Positions 16,680 to 25,453 of a DNA stretch of 64,000 nt are shown here, piece by piece; within the stretch, counting starts at the first letter, position 1; every line of letters begins with the position of its first letter. The notes under the pieces are model-generated. The model searched no databases. It was not told the origin of the DNA and worked only from the letters and a program-made list of their open reading frames with translations. The DNA is from Phycisphaerales bacterium (GTDB lineage Bacteria > Planctomycetota > Phycisphaerae > Phycisphaerales > UBA1924), in contig JBGAOG010000002.1 of the NCBI GenBank assembly GCA_044221985.1, positions 7,073 through 71,072 on the forward strand, written 5' to 3'. A program made the translations under genes and the position numbers.

Positions 16680-18368
16680 GTGGGAAAGCGGCGGGCCTCG
16701 GAGAGCACGATCCTGACCACCGAGTTCGGGGGCGAGCTCGAGGCCGAGCGCCTGCGCAAGCTGCGTCGCCGGTTCCTGTGGTACACGGCAACGGTCTTTG
16801 TGCTGGTGGCGTTCCCACTGCTCCCGCGATTGTGGGAGTACGTCCAGGCGATGCGCGGCTCGCTGCCTCCCAGGGAGGCGGGCAGCGTGGTGACGCCCCC
16901 GGCCATCGCCACGTTCATCCTGTCCCTGACCAGCTCCGCCCTGTACCTGGTTTCGTTCGTGCACGTCAAGTCCAACCGGGCCACCCCCTGGCCCCTGCTC
17001 AAGATCACCTACTGGCTGATCGTCGTGAGCGGGTCGTTGCTCCTGCTTTCCACCCCCTTGAAGCTGGCGGAGGTCAAGAGCGGAAAGGGCACGATCCTGG
17101 TGGGCCCGGTGATTCCGGCCCAGGCGGACATGGGGCCCGGGGAGGACACTCCCCCCCAGCCGCCGCGACTGGTCGATTCCCCCGCCCCGGACCTCGCCGC
17201 GGAATCGGCTCCCGAGGAGCCGCCATTCCGCGTCCGCGATCGCGACAACACGCCCATGATGACCAGCGGGACCAACCTGCTGAGCATCTTCTTCACGCAC
17301 TTCCTGGCCTGCCTCTTCCTGCCGTGGACCGCGCGCGAGTCGGTGCGCCCCATCGCGCCCCTCATCGCGCTCAACATCGGCATCACCGTCGGGATGCTGC
17401 TCTACCTCTCCGCGCAGGGCGAGGTTCCCTCCTCGGCGTGGGTCTTCAACGGGATCATCCTGGCCTGCTCGCCCCTGGTGGCCGCGCCCGGGGCCGCCCT
17501 GTGCTGGTGGCGTCACAGCCGCTTCCGCGAAGAAGTGGGGGCACGCCTGGTCCGCGGGCGGTTCGCCGAGATGCACCGCGAGCTGACCGACGCCCGCAAG
17601 ATCCACGAGTCGCTCTTCCCGCGCCCGGTCTCCGACCCGAACCTCTCCCTGAACTACGTCTACGAGCCCATGCGCCAGATCGGGGGCGATTTCCTGTACG
17701 TCCAACGCCTCGTGGACGGACGTCTCCACGTCGTCATCATGGACGTGACCGGGCACGGCGTGCCCGCCGCCCTGACCGTCAATCGCCTCCACGGCGAGCT
17801 GCAGCGGATCTTCGCCGAGAACGCCCTGACCTCGCCGGGCGGGATGCTCCGCCTGCTCAACCGCTACGTCAACCTCACCATGGCCGACCACGCCCTGTAC
17901 GTGACCGCCATGTGCCTGCGCGTCGATCCCGCCCAGGGGCTGGTCGAATACGCCAGCGCCGGGCACCCCCCGGCCTACGTCCGCGGGTCCGACGGGACCA
18001 TCCACGAATTGCCCGCCACCACCTACCTGCTCGGGGCCGAGGGCGATGCCCAGTTCGACCCCGCTCAGGCCAACCACGTCTTCGCGCCCGGCGACCGTCT
18101 GGCGGCGTTCACCGACGGCGCCATCGAGGCCCGCGGCGCCGACGGGCGGATGCTCGGGCTGGCGGGCATGCGCCGACTGCTCGCCGGCACTCAGGCGGGA
18201 GAGGGCGAGAACTGGCCGCTCAAGTTGCTCAAGGCCGTGGAGTCGTTCCGCCAGGGCCCGCCAGCGGACGACACGCTGGTGGTGGAGATCCGGCGCACGC
18301 TGGCCGTGGTCGAACCCAAGTCTCGCGAGCAGCGTTCGTCGGAGGCCGCGGCCCGGGCCGAAGCTTGA
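16680..18368 (+). CDS. polytopic membrane PP2C-family (SpoIIE/RsbU-like) serine phosphatase
   Basis: The N-terminal half has several TM helices. The C-terminal part is a SpoIIE domain (IGGDFLYV, VIMDVTGHGVPAAL, FTDGAIEA). GTG start; the exact start is uncertain. Confidence 0.8.
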   Translation: MGKRRASESTILTTEFGGELEAERLRKLRRRFLWYTATVFVLVAFPLLPRLWEYVQAMRGSLPPREAGSVVTPPAIATFILSLTSSALYLVSFVHVKSNRATPWPLLKITYWLIVVSGSLLLLSTPLKLAEVKSGKGTILVGPVIPAQADMGPGEDTPPQPPRLVDSPAPDLAAESAPEEPPFRVRDRDNTPMMTSGTNLLSIFFTHFLACLFLPWTARESVRPIAPLIALNIGITVGMLLYLSAQGEVPSSAWVFNGIILACSPLVAAPGAALCWWRHSRFREEVGARLVRGRFAEMHRELTDARKIHESLFPRPVSDPNLSLNYVYEPMRQIGGDFLYVQRLVDGRLHVVIMDVTGHGVPAALTVNRLHGELQRIFAENALTSPGGMLRLLNRYVNLTMADHALYVTAMCLRVDPAQGLVEYASAGHPPAYVRGSDGTIHELPATTYLLGAEGDAQFDPAQANHVFAPGDRLAAFTDGAIEARGADGRMLGLAGMRRLLAGTQAGEGENWPLKLLKAVESFRQGPPADDTLVVEIRRTLAVVEPKSREQRSSEAAARAEA

Positions 18369-18480
18369 GTCGGCTTGGGGAGCGCGGGCAGGGGTTCATC
18401 CGCTGGTGGCGCAGCAAAGACCCCGCCCGAGGGGGCGGGGTCGGTAGAACTCTCCAACGGCGGGGGCGTTCCCCGAAGGA

Positions 18481-19461
18481 TCAGGGAGGCACGGGCAGGT
18501 CGTCAAAGACCATGCTGTAGGTACTGTTCTTGAATGACGCGGCGGAGTTGCCCGCGATGACGGTCACGTACGCCGAGTGCCCGTCCATGAAGCTCAGCAT
18601 CGCCTTGTTGATGTCGCCAAAGCTGTTCTTGTAGCGCAGGCCGGCGTTGCGGTTGTTCACCGTCACGTCGCAGTTCTCGTCGTTGAGCCACACGAACTTG
18701 GACGGGTTGAACCCCTCGCCCACCGCGAGGCGCTGGCAGCCGGCGAGGAAGGCCTTGCCGAAGGGGAGGGTGCCCCCGGCGCCGCCGCCGGTGTACAACT
18801 GGTCGAACCACTTGGCGTTGTACTGGTAGCTCGTCCCCACGTCCTGGTAGCAGGAGATCGCGGGGTTGTTGTTCGTGAACGTGTCGGGATGCCCCGTCTG
18901 CGACCAGCGCTGCTGGTGCCCGATCTTGTCCGACGGATCGCGGAGCACGGGCGTCAACGACGCCGTTCGGTCGGGGGACGTCGCGGGCATGCGAATGCCC
19001 AGGGGCGGGGCGCTATTCACGAAATCGATGTCCGGGTACAGCCAAGAGTTCATGGGGCGGTCCGCGGCGTGGATGTCGAAGTAGGCATCCCCGGCCCAAG
19101 CCCGGGAGCAATTGCCGCCTCCGAAGCTCCAACTGCAGAAGCCCATGATGTCCGTCGGAACATTCACCGCGTGGTTGTACTGGCGGTATCCGGGGCGCTG
19201 CCCCCCGCCGGCGATCAGCGGCGTCACCGGGAAATACCCCTTGTAGTTCTCGCGGTACATCAGGCCCGAGGTCGTTCCCTGCTTGATGTTGCTCATCGAG
19301 AGCGTGACCCACGCCGCGATGCGGGCCTTGCCCAGGGCGGGCAGCAGCACCGAGATCAGCAGCGCGATGATCGCGATCACCACGAGCAGTTCGATGAGCG
19401 TGAACGCGACGGTGCGGCGGACGCCGGCCCCGGCACGACGACGAAACGAGGTCAACCTCAT
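18481..19461 (-). CDS. prepilin-type N-terminal cleavage/methylation domain protein (DUF1559-like)
   Basis: Contains AFTLIELLVVIAIIALLISVLLPAL, with FMDGH near the C-terminus. The start is chosen at MRLTSFRR (19461), with GGAG 10 nt upstream. The alternative start is 19476. Confidence 0.8.
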   Translation of the reverse strand: MRLTSFRRRAGAGVRRTVAFTLIELLVVIAIIALLISVLLPALGKARIAAWVTLSMSNIKQGTTSGLMYRENYKGYFPVTPLIAGGGQRPGYRQYNHAVNVPTDIMGFCSWSFGGGNCSRAWAGDAYFDIHAADRPMNSWLYPDIDFVNSAPPLGIRMPATSPDRTASLTPVLRDPSDKIGHQQRWSQTGHPDTFTNNNPAISCYQDVGTSYQYNAKWFDQLYTGGGAGGTLPFGKAFLAGCQRLAVGEGFNPSKFVWLNDENCDVTVNNRNAGLRYKNSFGDINKAMLSFMDGHSAYVTVIAGNSAASFKNSTYSMVFDDLPVPP

Positions 19462-19840
19462 AGTTCCATGCTCCATCTCGCGGATCGCGAAACGCACCCC
19501 CTCGAGCCAAGCCGGTAGATCCCCATCCGGCCCCGGGGTCGGGCTGAATCGCCCAACTTCACGCAACTATAACCAACTCCGGGCTCCTTTGCCAACCCCG
19601 GCAGGGGGTATCACCGCCGCCGAGCCAGGAAAACAGCCCGAACCCGATTCGAGGCTTGCCCGTTGGCGGTTCCGGAATTGCGCCGGATCGGTGCCTCGGG
19701 CTTCGGGCGCGTGCTTAGTCCTTGGCCAGAACCGACTTTCGGGCGGTCCGTATCAGTCCCGGGCGGATTCGGACGATCGGAAAAGAACGGGAACGCACCC
19801 CGGCGTTACCAGACCTGCCTAGATTTCCGCCCTTTGAGGT

Positions 19841-21223
19841 ATGTCGTCACCGACCCCCAAACCTGAACTTGCCGAGACGTCGCCCCTCCCGCGCGATTCC
19901 CGCGCCGGGGACACCAAACCCCTGCCCATGGAACCCGTCGCGGGTGAGTCTTCCCGCCCGGGCGAGCCGGTGCCGATGCCCCAGGACGTTGCCAAGGGCG
20001 GCACGAACGTGGACACGCTGGTGGGGCGGCTGGTGATCGACCAGGGCCTGGCCACCACCGATGAGGTTCAGCACTGCCTGGCGCTCTCCAAGTCCCTCGC
20101 GGAGGAGCAGAACCAGCGCTCGCTGGCCGACCTGCTCGTGGCCAACGAGTACGTAACCAGCCGCCAGATCTCGCGGCTCAAGGAGATCGTGGCGGCCGAG
20201 CGGTCGGGGCAGAAGATCCCCGGCTACAAGATCATCGGCAAGCTCGGCGCCGGGGCGATGGCGACGGTGTTCAAGGCCAAGCAGTTGAGCCTGGACCGGA
20301 TGGTGGCGATCAAGGTCCTGCCGCGCAAGTTCAGCAGCAATCCGCAGTTCATCGAGCGCTTCTACGCCGAGGGGCGGGCCGCCGCCCAGCTCAACCACCC
20401 CAACATCGTGCAGGCGTACGACGTGGGAAAGGCGGGCGATTACCACTACTTCGTGATGGAATTCGTGGACGGCTCGACGGTCTACGACCAGATCGTGGCG
20501 AGCAAGCGGTATAGCGAGAGCGACGCGGTGGAGATCGCGATCCAGATCGCCGAGGCCCTGCTGCACGCGCACGACAAGGGGCTCATCCACCGCGACGTCA
20601 AGCCCAAGAACATCATGGTGACCAAGTCCGGGGTGGCCAAGCTGGCCGACCTGGGCCTGGCCCGGGCCATCAGCGACCGCGAGGCGGCCGAGGCCGAGGC
20701 CGGCAAGGCCTTCGGCACGCCCTACTACATCAGCCCCGAGCAGGTGCGCGGCGAGCTGACGATCGGCCCACCCGCGGACATTTACGCGCTGGGCGCCACG
20801 CTCTACCACATGCTCACGGGGCAGGTGCCCTTCGACGGGAAGAACCCGTCGGCCGTCATGCACAAGCACCTCAAGGCCGAGCTGGTGCCCCCGGACCACG
20901 TCAATCCCCGCCTCTCGGGCGGGATTTCAGAGGTCATCGAGCTGATGATGGCCAAGGCGGCCGGAGACCGCTACCAGTCCTGCAAGGACCTGCTGATCGA
21001 CCTGCGGGCGATCAAGGGGGGGCAGACCCCGCCGCTGGCTCACAAGGGCTTTGCCGAGGCGGACCTGGCGAATCTCGCCAAGGCGGAGGCGGCGGCGGCC
21101 CCCGCCGAGGGGGTCGCGGGCCTGGAGGGCGGTGTGGGTCCGCCGGTGCGGATGTGGCTGTGGGTGATGTTGGGGATCAGCATTCTCTTGAACCTGGTCC
21201 AATTCGTGGTGCACTTGTGGTGA
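19841..21223 (+). CDS. Ser/Thr protein kinase with N-terminal T2SSE_N/MshEN-like domain and C-terminal TM anchor
   Basis: Has GKLGAGAMATVFKA...AIKVL (G-loop/VAIK), HRDVKPKNIMV, DLG and SPE motifs. The tail TM is VRMWLWVMLGISILLNLVQFVVHLW. Confidence 0.9.
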   Translation: MSSPTPKPELAETSPLPRDSRAGDTKPLPMEPVAGESSRPGEPVPMPQDVAKGGTNVDTLVGRLVIDQGLATTDEVQHCLALSKSLAEEQNQRSLADLLVANEYVTSRQISRLKEIVAAERSGQKIPGYKIIGKLGAGAMATVFKAKQLSLDRMVAIKVLPRKFSSNPQFIERFYAEGRAAAQLNHPNIVQAYDVGKAGDYHYFVMEFVDGSTVYDQIVASKRYSESDAVEIAIQIAEALLHAHDKGLIHRDVKPKNIMVTKSGVAKLADLGLARAISDREAAEAEAGKAFGTPYYISPEQVRGELTIGPPADIYALGATLYHMLTGQVPFDGKNPSAVMHKHLKAELVPPDHVNPRLSGGISEVIELMMAKAAGDRYQSCKDLLIDLRAIKGGQTPPLAHKGFAEADLANLAKAEAAAAPAEGVAGLEGGVGPPVRMWLWVMLGISILLNLVQFVVHLW

Positions 21224-21520
21224 GGCCCGGGGCTTGCCCGATTGAGGATTTGACCGTAGGCTGTGGTACCCGGTTGGCCGGGCCTGGTCGTCCGGGGCGT
21301 TCCCGGGCGGAGGGGCCGGCGGGCGGGGCCTTGGGGCGAAGGCAGGGAATGCGGACTCGCGACTTGCGTGGGCCTGACCTCGTGACGTGTTCATGAGGCG
21401 CTCGCGCGCCAATCCGGGCGTGTTCCTGGTGTCCCTTCGGCACTCTGGTTACAACATGGCGTCGAACGTGCCGGGCGCGGGCGGGATGTTCCCGTCGGCG
21501 TCGGTCGCGATTCGCGCTTG

Positions 21521-21526
21521 AGGAGG
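21521..21526 (+). promoter_or_regulatory. Shine-Dalgarno (AGGAGG) for infC
   Basis: A perfect AGGAGG lies 1 nt before the in-frame TTG (21528) and 7 nt before the in-frame ATC (21534). Confidence 0.5.
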
Positions 21527-21527
21527 C

Positions 21528-22229
21528 TTGCCCATCGCATTCGGTCGATTCAGTCGAGACGCGGGCCCGGTGCAGCGCATCCGGGTGAACCACATGATCC
21601 GCATCACGCCCATCCGCGTGGTGGGGCCGGAGATGGAGCAGTTCGGAGTCATCGAGACCTCCGAGGCGCTCCGCAAGGCGCAGGAGCTGGGCATGGACCT
21701 GGTGGAGATCTCTCCCGAGGCCCGTCCCCCGGTCTGCAGGATCATGGACTACGGCAAGTACAAGTACGAGCTGAGCCAGAAAGAGCGGAAGAACCGGGCG
21801 GCGAGCCGTGCCACGGAGCTCAAGGAAATCCGCCTGGGGCGGTCGATCAAGATCGACCCGCACGACATCCAGGTGCGTGTGGACCAGGCGCGGCGGTTCC
21901 TCATGATGGGGCACAAGATCCTCGTCGTGCAGCGCCTCAAGGGACGCGAGGTGACCCACCGCGAGCTGGGCGAGGACAACCTCAAGAAGGTGCTCCAGTC
22001 GCTCACCGACATCGTGAAGATCGAACAGTCTCCGCGATTCCTGGGCAAGGCCTGGACCATGATGCTCGCGCCCGACAAGCCCAAGGTCGAGGCTATCAAG
22101 CGCAAGCTCGAGAAGGACCGCAAAGAAAAGCTCGCCCGAGGCGAGAAGGTCGAGGAAGAGAAGTCCATCGAGCAGCTCGAGGCCGAGGTCGCCGCCCAGA
22201 ACCAGGGCGACGACGACGCCGAGGATTGA
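21528..22229 (+). CDS. infC: translation initiation factor IF-3
   Basis: Contains IRVNHMIRITPIRVVGPEMEQFGVIETSEALRKAQELGMDLVEISPEARPPVCRIMDYGKYKYE and RLKGRE. No ATG lies near the SD, so the start codon is uncertain (TTG 21528, ATC 21534 or GTG 21570). The C-terminal tail is acidic and Lys-rich. Confidence 0.92.
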   Translation: MPIAFGRFSRDAGPVQRIRVNHMIRITPIRVVGPEMEQFGVIETSEALRKAQELGMDLVEISPEARPPVCRIMDYGKYKYELSQKERKNRAASRATELKEIRLGRSIKIDPHDIQVRVDQARRFLMMGHKILVVQRLKGREVTHRELGEDNLKKVLQSLTDIVKIEQSPRFLGKAWTMMLAPDKPKVEAIKRKLEKDRKEKLARGEKVEEEKSIEQLEAEVAAQNQGDDDAED

Positions 22230-22258
22230 GCGCTGGTGTCTGGCAGGCGTCCGCGTCC

Positions 22259-22291
22259 GAACGAGCCCCGGGTCGATTCCGGGGCTCGTTC
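22259..22291. terminator. GC-rich 13-bp-stem hairpin between convergent infC and nitrilase-family genes
   Basis: The sequence is GAACGAGCCCCGG-gtcgatt-CCGGGGCTCGTTC. Neither strand has a clear U-tract. Confidence 0.4.
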
Positions 22292-22327
22292 ACTTCCCGC
22301 ACCTGGGCGCGGTATCGCCCCGCCCGA

Positions 22328-23170
22328 TCAGGCCTTCCAATCGAGATTCAGCCGGTGGTCCTTCCACGCCGGGAACTTCTCACGCCAGCGCCGGACGCCC
22401 GCGGGATCGACCTCCACGCTGAGCACGCCCTGGGCGTCACCCAGTTCGCCCAGGACCTCGCCGGTGGGAGAGATCGCGATCGAGCCCCCGCCATACTCCA
22501 GCCCCGTTCCGAACGCCCCGTTGGGGTCCCTGCCCACGCGGTTGACGCCCAGGACGTAGGCCTGGTTCTCGATGGCCCGCGCGATGAGCAGCGCCCGCCA
22601 GTGGTGGTGGCGTGCCCTGGGCCAGCACGCCCCGATCGCGAAGCACTCCGCGCCCAGGCGCAGCCCGTTGCGGAACAGCTCCGGGAATCGCAGGTCGTAG
22701 CAGATCGCCGGGCAGACCTTGAGCGCGTCCTTGTCCCCGTTTGCCGGCCCGATCCAGTCCCACGTCAGGACCCGCTCGCCCCCGGCGAAGGCCTCGTGCT
22801 CCCTGCCCAGCGAGAAGGGATGGACCTTGGCGTACTCACCGACGACCCTGGCGTCGTTGGGCCCGTCCGTGCCCGGGTCGACGATCGTCATCACGTTGCT
22901 CGCCAGCGCGCCGTGGCAGTCGTGCAGCGTGCGCCCGCCCTGCACGAACGCGTGCAGGTCGTCGGCGAGGTCGACGAGGAACGCGAGGGTCACTCCGCCG
23001 CGATCGGCCGTGGCCTTGGTGTTCATCGAGAAGCCCGTGTCGAACATCTCGGGGAGGAGGATGAGGTCGCCCTCGCGCACGTCCACGGCGTCGAGCAGGT
23101 CGAGCACCCTGGCGTGATTGGCCCCCTTGTCCTCCCAGGCGATGTCGAATTGGACGAGGTGGGCCTTCAT
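22328..23170 (-). CDS. carbon-nitrogen hydrolase (nitrilase superfamily, omega-amidase/YafV-like)
   Basis: Catalytic E (LILLPEMF), K (YAKVHPF) and C (VCPAICYDLRFPE) contexts are present. Confidence 0.88.
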   Translation of the reverse strand: MKAHLVQFDIAWEDKGANHARVLDLLDAVDVREGDLILLPEMFDTGFSMNTKATADRGGVTLAFLVDLADDLHAFVQGGRTLHDCHGALASNVMTIVDPGTDGPNDARVVGEYAKVHPFSLGREHEAFAGGERVLTWDWIGPANGDKDALKVCPAICYDLRFPELFRNGLRLGAECFAIGACWPRARHHHWRALLIARAIENQAYVLGVNRVGRDPNGAFGTGLEYGGGSIAISPTGEVLGELGDAQGVLSVEVDPAGVRRWREKFPAWKDHRLNLDWKA

Positions 23171-23249
23171 CGGAGCAGTTTAGGAGAGCGCGAGATCTGT
23201 TGCAGGCCGGATTTCGACGGCTCGCGGGGCCCCGCGCATCTCTAGGATT

Positions 23250-23924
23250 GTGGAGACCATGACGCGCCCTTCCCCGAGTCAATCCCGCGCGGAGGCCCCG
23301 GCGAGGGTCTTCCTCGCTAGCCGCAGCCCGCGCCGGCGCGCGATGCTGCTGGACTATGGCGTGGAGCACGAGGCCGGGCACCCGGGCTTTGACGACGGCG
23401 TGCTGGCGCCCGGGGATGTGGACCCCGAGCAGTGGGTGGCGTCGCTGGCGTTCCTGAAGGCGTCGAGCGGGGCCGAGCAGGTGCTGGCGCAGGACGGGCG
23501 CACGCCGCACCTGGTGATCGGCGCCGATACGGCGTGCCTCGCGGGTGCCCGCCTGGTGGGCACGCCGGAGGATGCCTCAGAGGCCCGCGAGATCCTGCGC
23601 CTGCTCAGGCGGGGCGAGCACGACGTGCTGACGGGCGTGGCGCTGGTGTGGGTGCGCGAGGGGCGGATGGAAGAGCGGCAGCTCTTCGTGGATCGGGCGA
23701 CGGTGCGGATGGGCGACCTATCGGACGACCAGGTCGAGGAATACGTGGAGAGCGGGGCCTGGTCCGGGAAGGCGGGGGCGTACAACCTGGCCGAGCGCCT
23801 GGAGGCCGGGTGGCCCATCGAGTACGTGGGCGACCCAACCACCATCATGGGATTGCCGATGGGGAAACTGGTCCCGCGGCTCGTGCGTATGGGCTTGGGC
23901 GGGGGCGGGAAGCGAACCTCGTGA
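23250..23924 (+). CDS. maf: Maf-like nucleoside triphosphate pyrophosphatase
   Basis: Contains LASRSPRRRAML, VIGADT, DVLTGVAL and GKAGAYNL...DPTTIMGLP. The start is GTG 23250 or ATG 23259. Confidence 0.88.
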   Translation: METMTRPSPSQSRAEAPARVFLASRSPRRRAMLLDYGVEHEAGHPGFDDGVLAPGDVDPEQWVASLAFLKASSGAEQVLAQDGRTPHLVIGADTACLAGARLVGTPEDASEAREILRLLRRGEHDVLTGVALVWVREGRMEERQLFVDRATVRMGDLSDDQVEEYVESGAWSGKAGAYNLAERLEAGWPIEYVGDPTTIMGLPMGKLVPRLVRMGLGGGGKRTS

Positions 23925-24361
23925 CGGATGCCTGTGCACTGAGCCTTGGGGCCGGGATCGTTCCCGGCTGGTTGGCGACCACCGCGGGGCTGATGGCCCT
24001 GCTGGCGATCAGTTGGCACGTGTTGTCGTTGCCGCGGGCGCCGATGCCGGCCAGCCGGCGCCGGATCCGCCTGAGCAACGGGCTGCTCATGGCCTTTGCG
24101 GTGCCGGTGACGGTCTACGCCGCGGCGAGGACCTCGCCGGAAGACCCTCGCCCGTTCACGATCGCCTGGACGATGGTGGCGGCCCTGATGGGGTTGATCG
24201 TGCTGCTGGCGTGCCTGGACGTGGCGAACACGGTGCGCCTGCACGCCGCCCAGCGTCGGGGCCTTCGCCGGGACCTGAGCGCCGCGCGGCATGATCTGGC
24301 GAAGCTTGCGCGGGGGGCGTCCGTCGCCGGATCGTCGGGCGGGCAATCATCTCCTCCATGA
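23921..24361 (+). CDS. small membrane protein (hypothetical)
   Basis: The GTG overlaps the maf stop (GTGA) and its own stop overlaps the lpxK ATG (ATGA). Third-position GC is high. It has 3-4 predicted TM helices. Confidence 0.55.
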   Translation: MTDACALSLGAGIVPGWLATTAGLMALLAISWHVLSLPRAPMPASRRRIRLSNGLLMAFAVPVTVYAAARTSPEDPRPFTIAWTMVAALMGLIVLLACLDVANTVRLHAAQRRGLRRDLSAARHDLAKLARGASVAGSSGGQSSPP

Positions 24362-25440
24362 CCTCGCCTCGGGGCGAACTCCGGGCCTCGCGTGCCCCGC
24401 TGCCGGGCCCCCTGGGGCGGGCGGCGGCGTGGTGCTATGGCCAGGCCATCGGGCGGATCAACGCGCGCTTCGATGGCGGGCGGGGCGTTGTGACCCTCGA
24501 CCGCCCCGTGATCAGCGTGGGCAACCTGTCCACGGGAGGGACGGGCAAGACACCGATGGTGATGCGGGTGCTGGCCTGGTTGCGGGCGGGTGGTCACGAC
24601 CCGTGCGTGGCCATGCGCGGGTCTGGAAGTCGGGCCGGCGCCGCGTCCGCCGAGGCCCGCGCATACGCGCGCGCGGTCGACGACCTGCCGGTGGTGGCGC
24701 GTCCCGACCGGGTGGGCGGGCTCATCGAGCTGTTCGCCACGCCCCGCGGCGAGCGGGTGGACAGCATCGTCCTCGACGACGGGTTCCAGCACCGCAAGAT
24801 CGCGCGGACGCTGGACCTGGTGCTGCTGGACGCGACGCGACCGATCTTCGAAGATGCCCTGCTGCCCGCGGGGCACCTGCGCGAGCCGGTCGAGAGCCTT
24901 GCCCGGGCCGGCGGCATCGTGATCACCCACGCCGAGAGCGCCCACCCCGACGACGTGGCGACGCTGCGGGTGCGGGCGCATGCCCTGGCCCCGAGGGCGA
25001 TCGGCGCCGTCGCCCGCCACGCGTGGAAGGGACTGGTGGATGCCCAGGAGGGGGCGGCGCCCGCGGACGCGCTGCGCGGGAGGCGAGTGGGCGTCGCCTG
25101 CGCCATCGCGAACCCCGACGCGTTCGTGGACATGGCGAGGCAGGCGACCGGCGAGCCGGCCGGAGTGCTCACCCTGCCCGACCACGACGCGTACGGGCCC
25201 GCCGGCGTCGACCGGCTGCTGGCGATGCTGCGTGACGCGCGATGCGACGCGCTCCTGGTGACGGAAAAGGACTGGTCCAAGCTGCGGCGCGTGCACGCCT
25301 CGCGCTGGCCCTGCCCGGTCTTCCGCCCGCGCCTGGGCCTCGCCTTCGACCTGGGCGAGGGCGAGCTGCGCCGGGCGGTGCTGGAGGCGGCCCGGCCTGC
25401 CCCGGACATCGTCCCGGACTGCGACGAGCCTTCTTGCTAG
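24358..25440 (+). CDS. lpxK: tetraacyldisaccharide 4'-kinase
   Basis: Contains VISVGNLSTGGTGKTP (P-loop) and DDGFQH. Confidence 0.9.
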   Translation: MTSPRGELRASRAPLPGPLGRAAAWCYGQAIGRINARFDGGRGVVTLDRPVISVGNLSTGGTGKTPMVMRVLAWLRAGGHDPCVAMRGSGSRAGAASAEARAYARAVDDLPVVARPDRVGGLIELFATPRGERVDSIVLDDGFQHRKIARTLDLVLLDATRPIFEDALLPAGHLREPVESLARAGGIVITHAESAHPDDVATLRVRAHALAPRAIGAVARHAWKGLVDAQEGAAPADALRGRRVGVACAIANPDAFVDMARQATGEPAGVLTLPDHDAYGPAGVDRLLAMLRDARCDALLVTEKDWSKLRRVHASRWPCPVFRPRLGLAFDLGEGELRRAVLEAARPAPDIVPDCDEPSC

Positions 25441-25453
25441 GCTTGGGCGTTCC

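Noticed and set aside
16008-18077. N-terminal 690 aa of the 1269-aa track ORF 14268..18077
   Set aside because: RecJ homology starts at MRGLTKLW (16007). The upstream part is antisense to the PduO-type adenosyltransferase and SpoIIE phosphatase genes and looks non-protein-like.
19462-19840. Long intergenic regions (this one, plus 21224-21527, 41254-41403 and 45930-46066) screened for tRNA or other ncRNA genes
   Set aside because: No cloverleaf-compatible arms, T-loop GTTCRANYC consensus, or SRP/tmRNA/RNase P signature motifs were seen. They are treated as promoter or leader regions.
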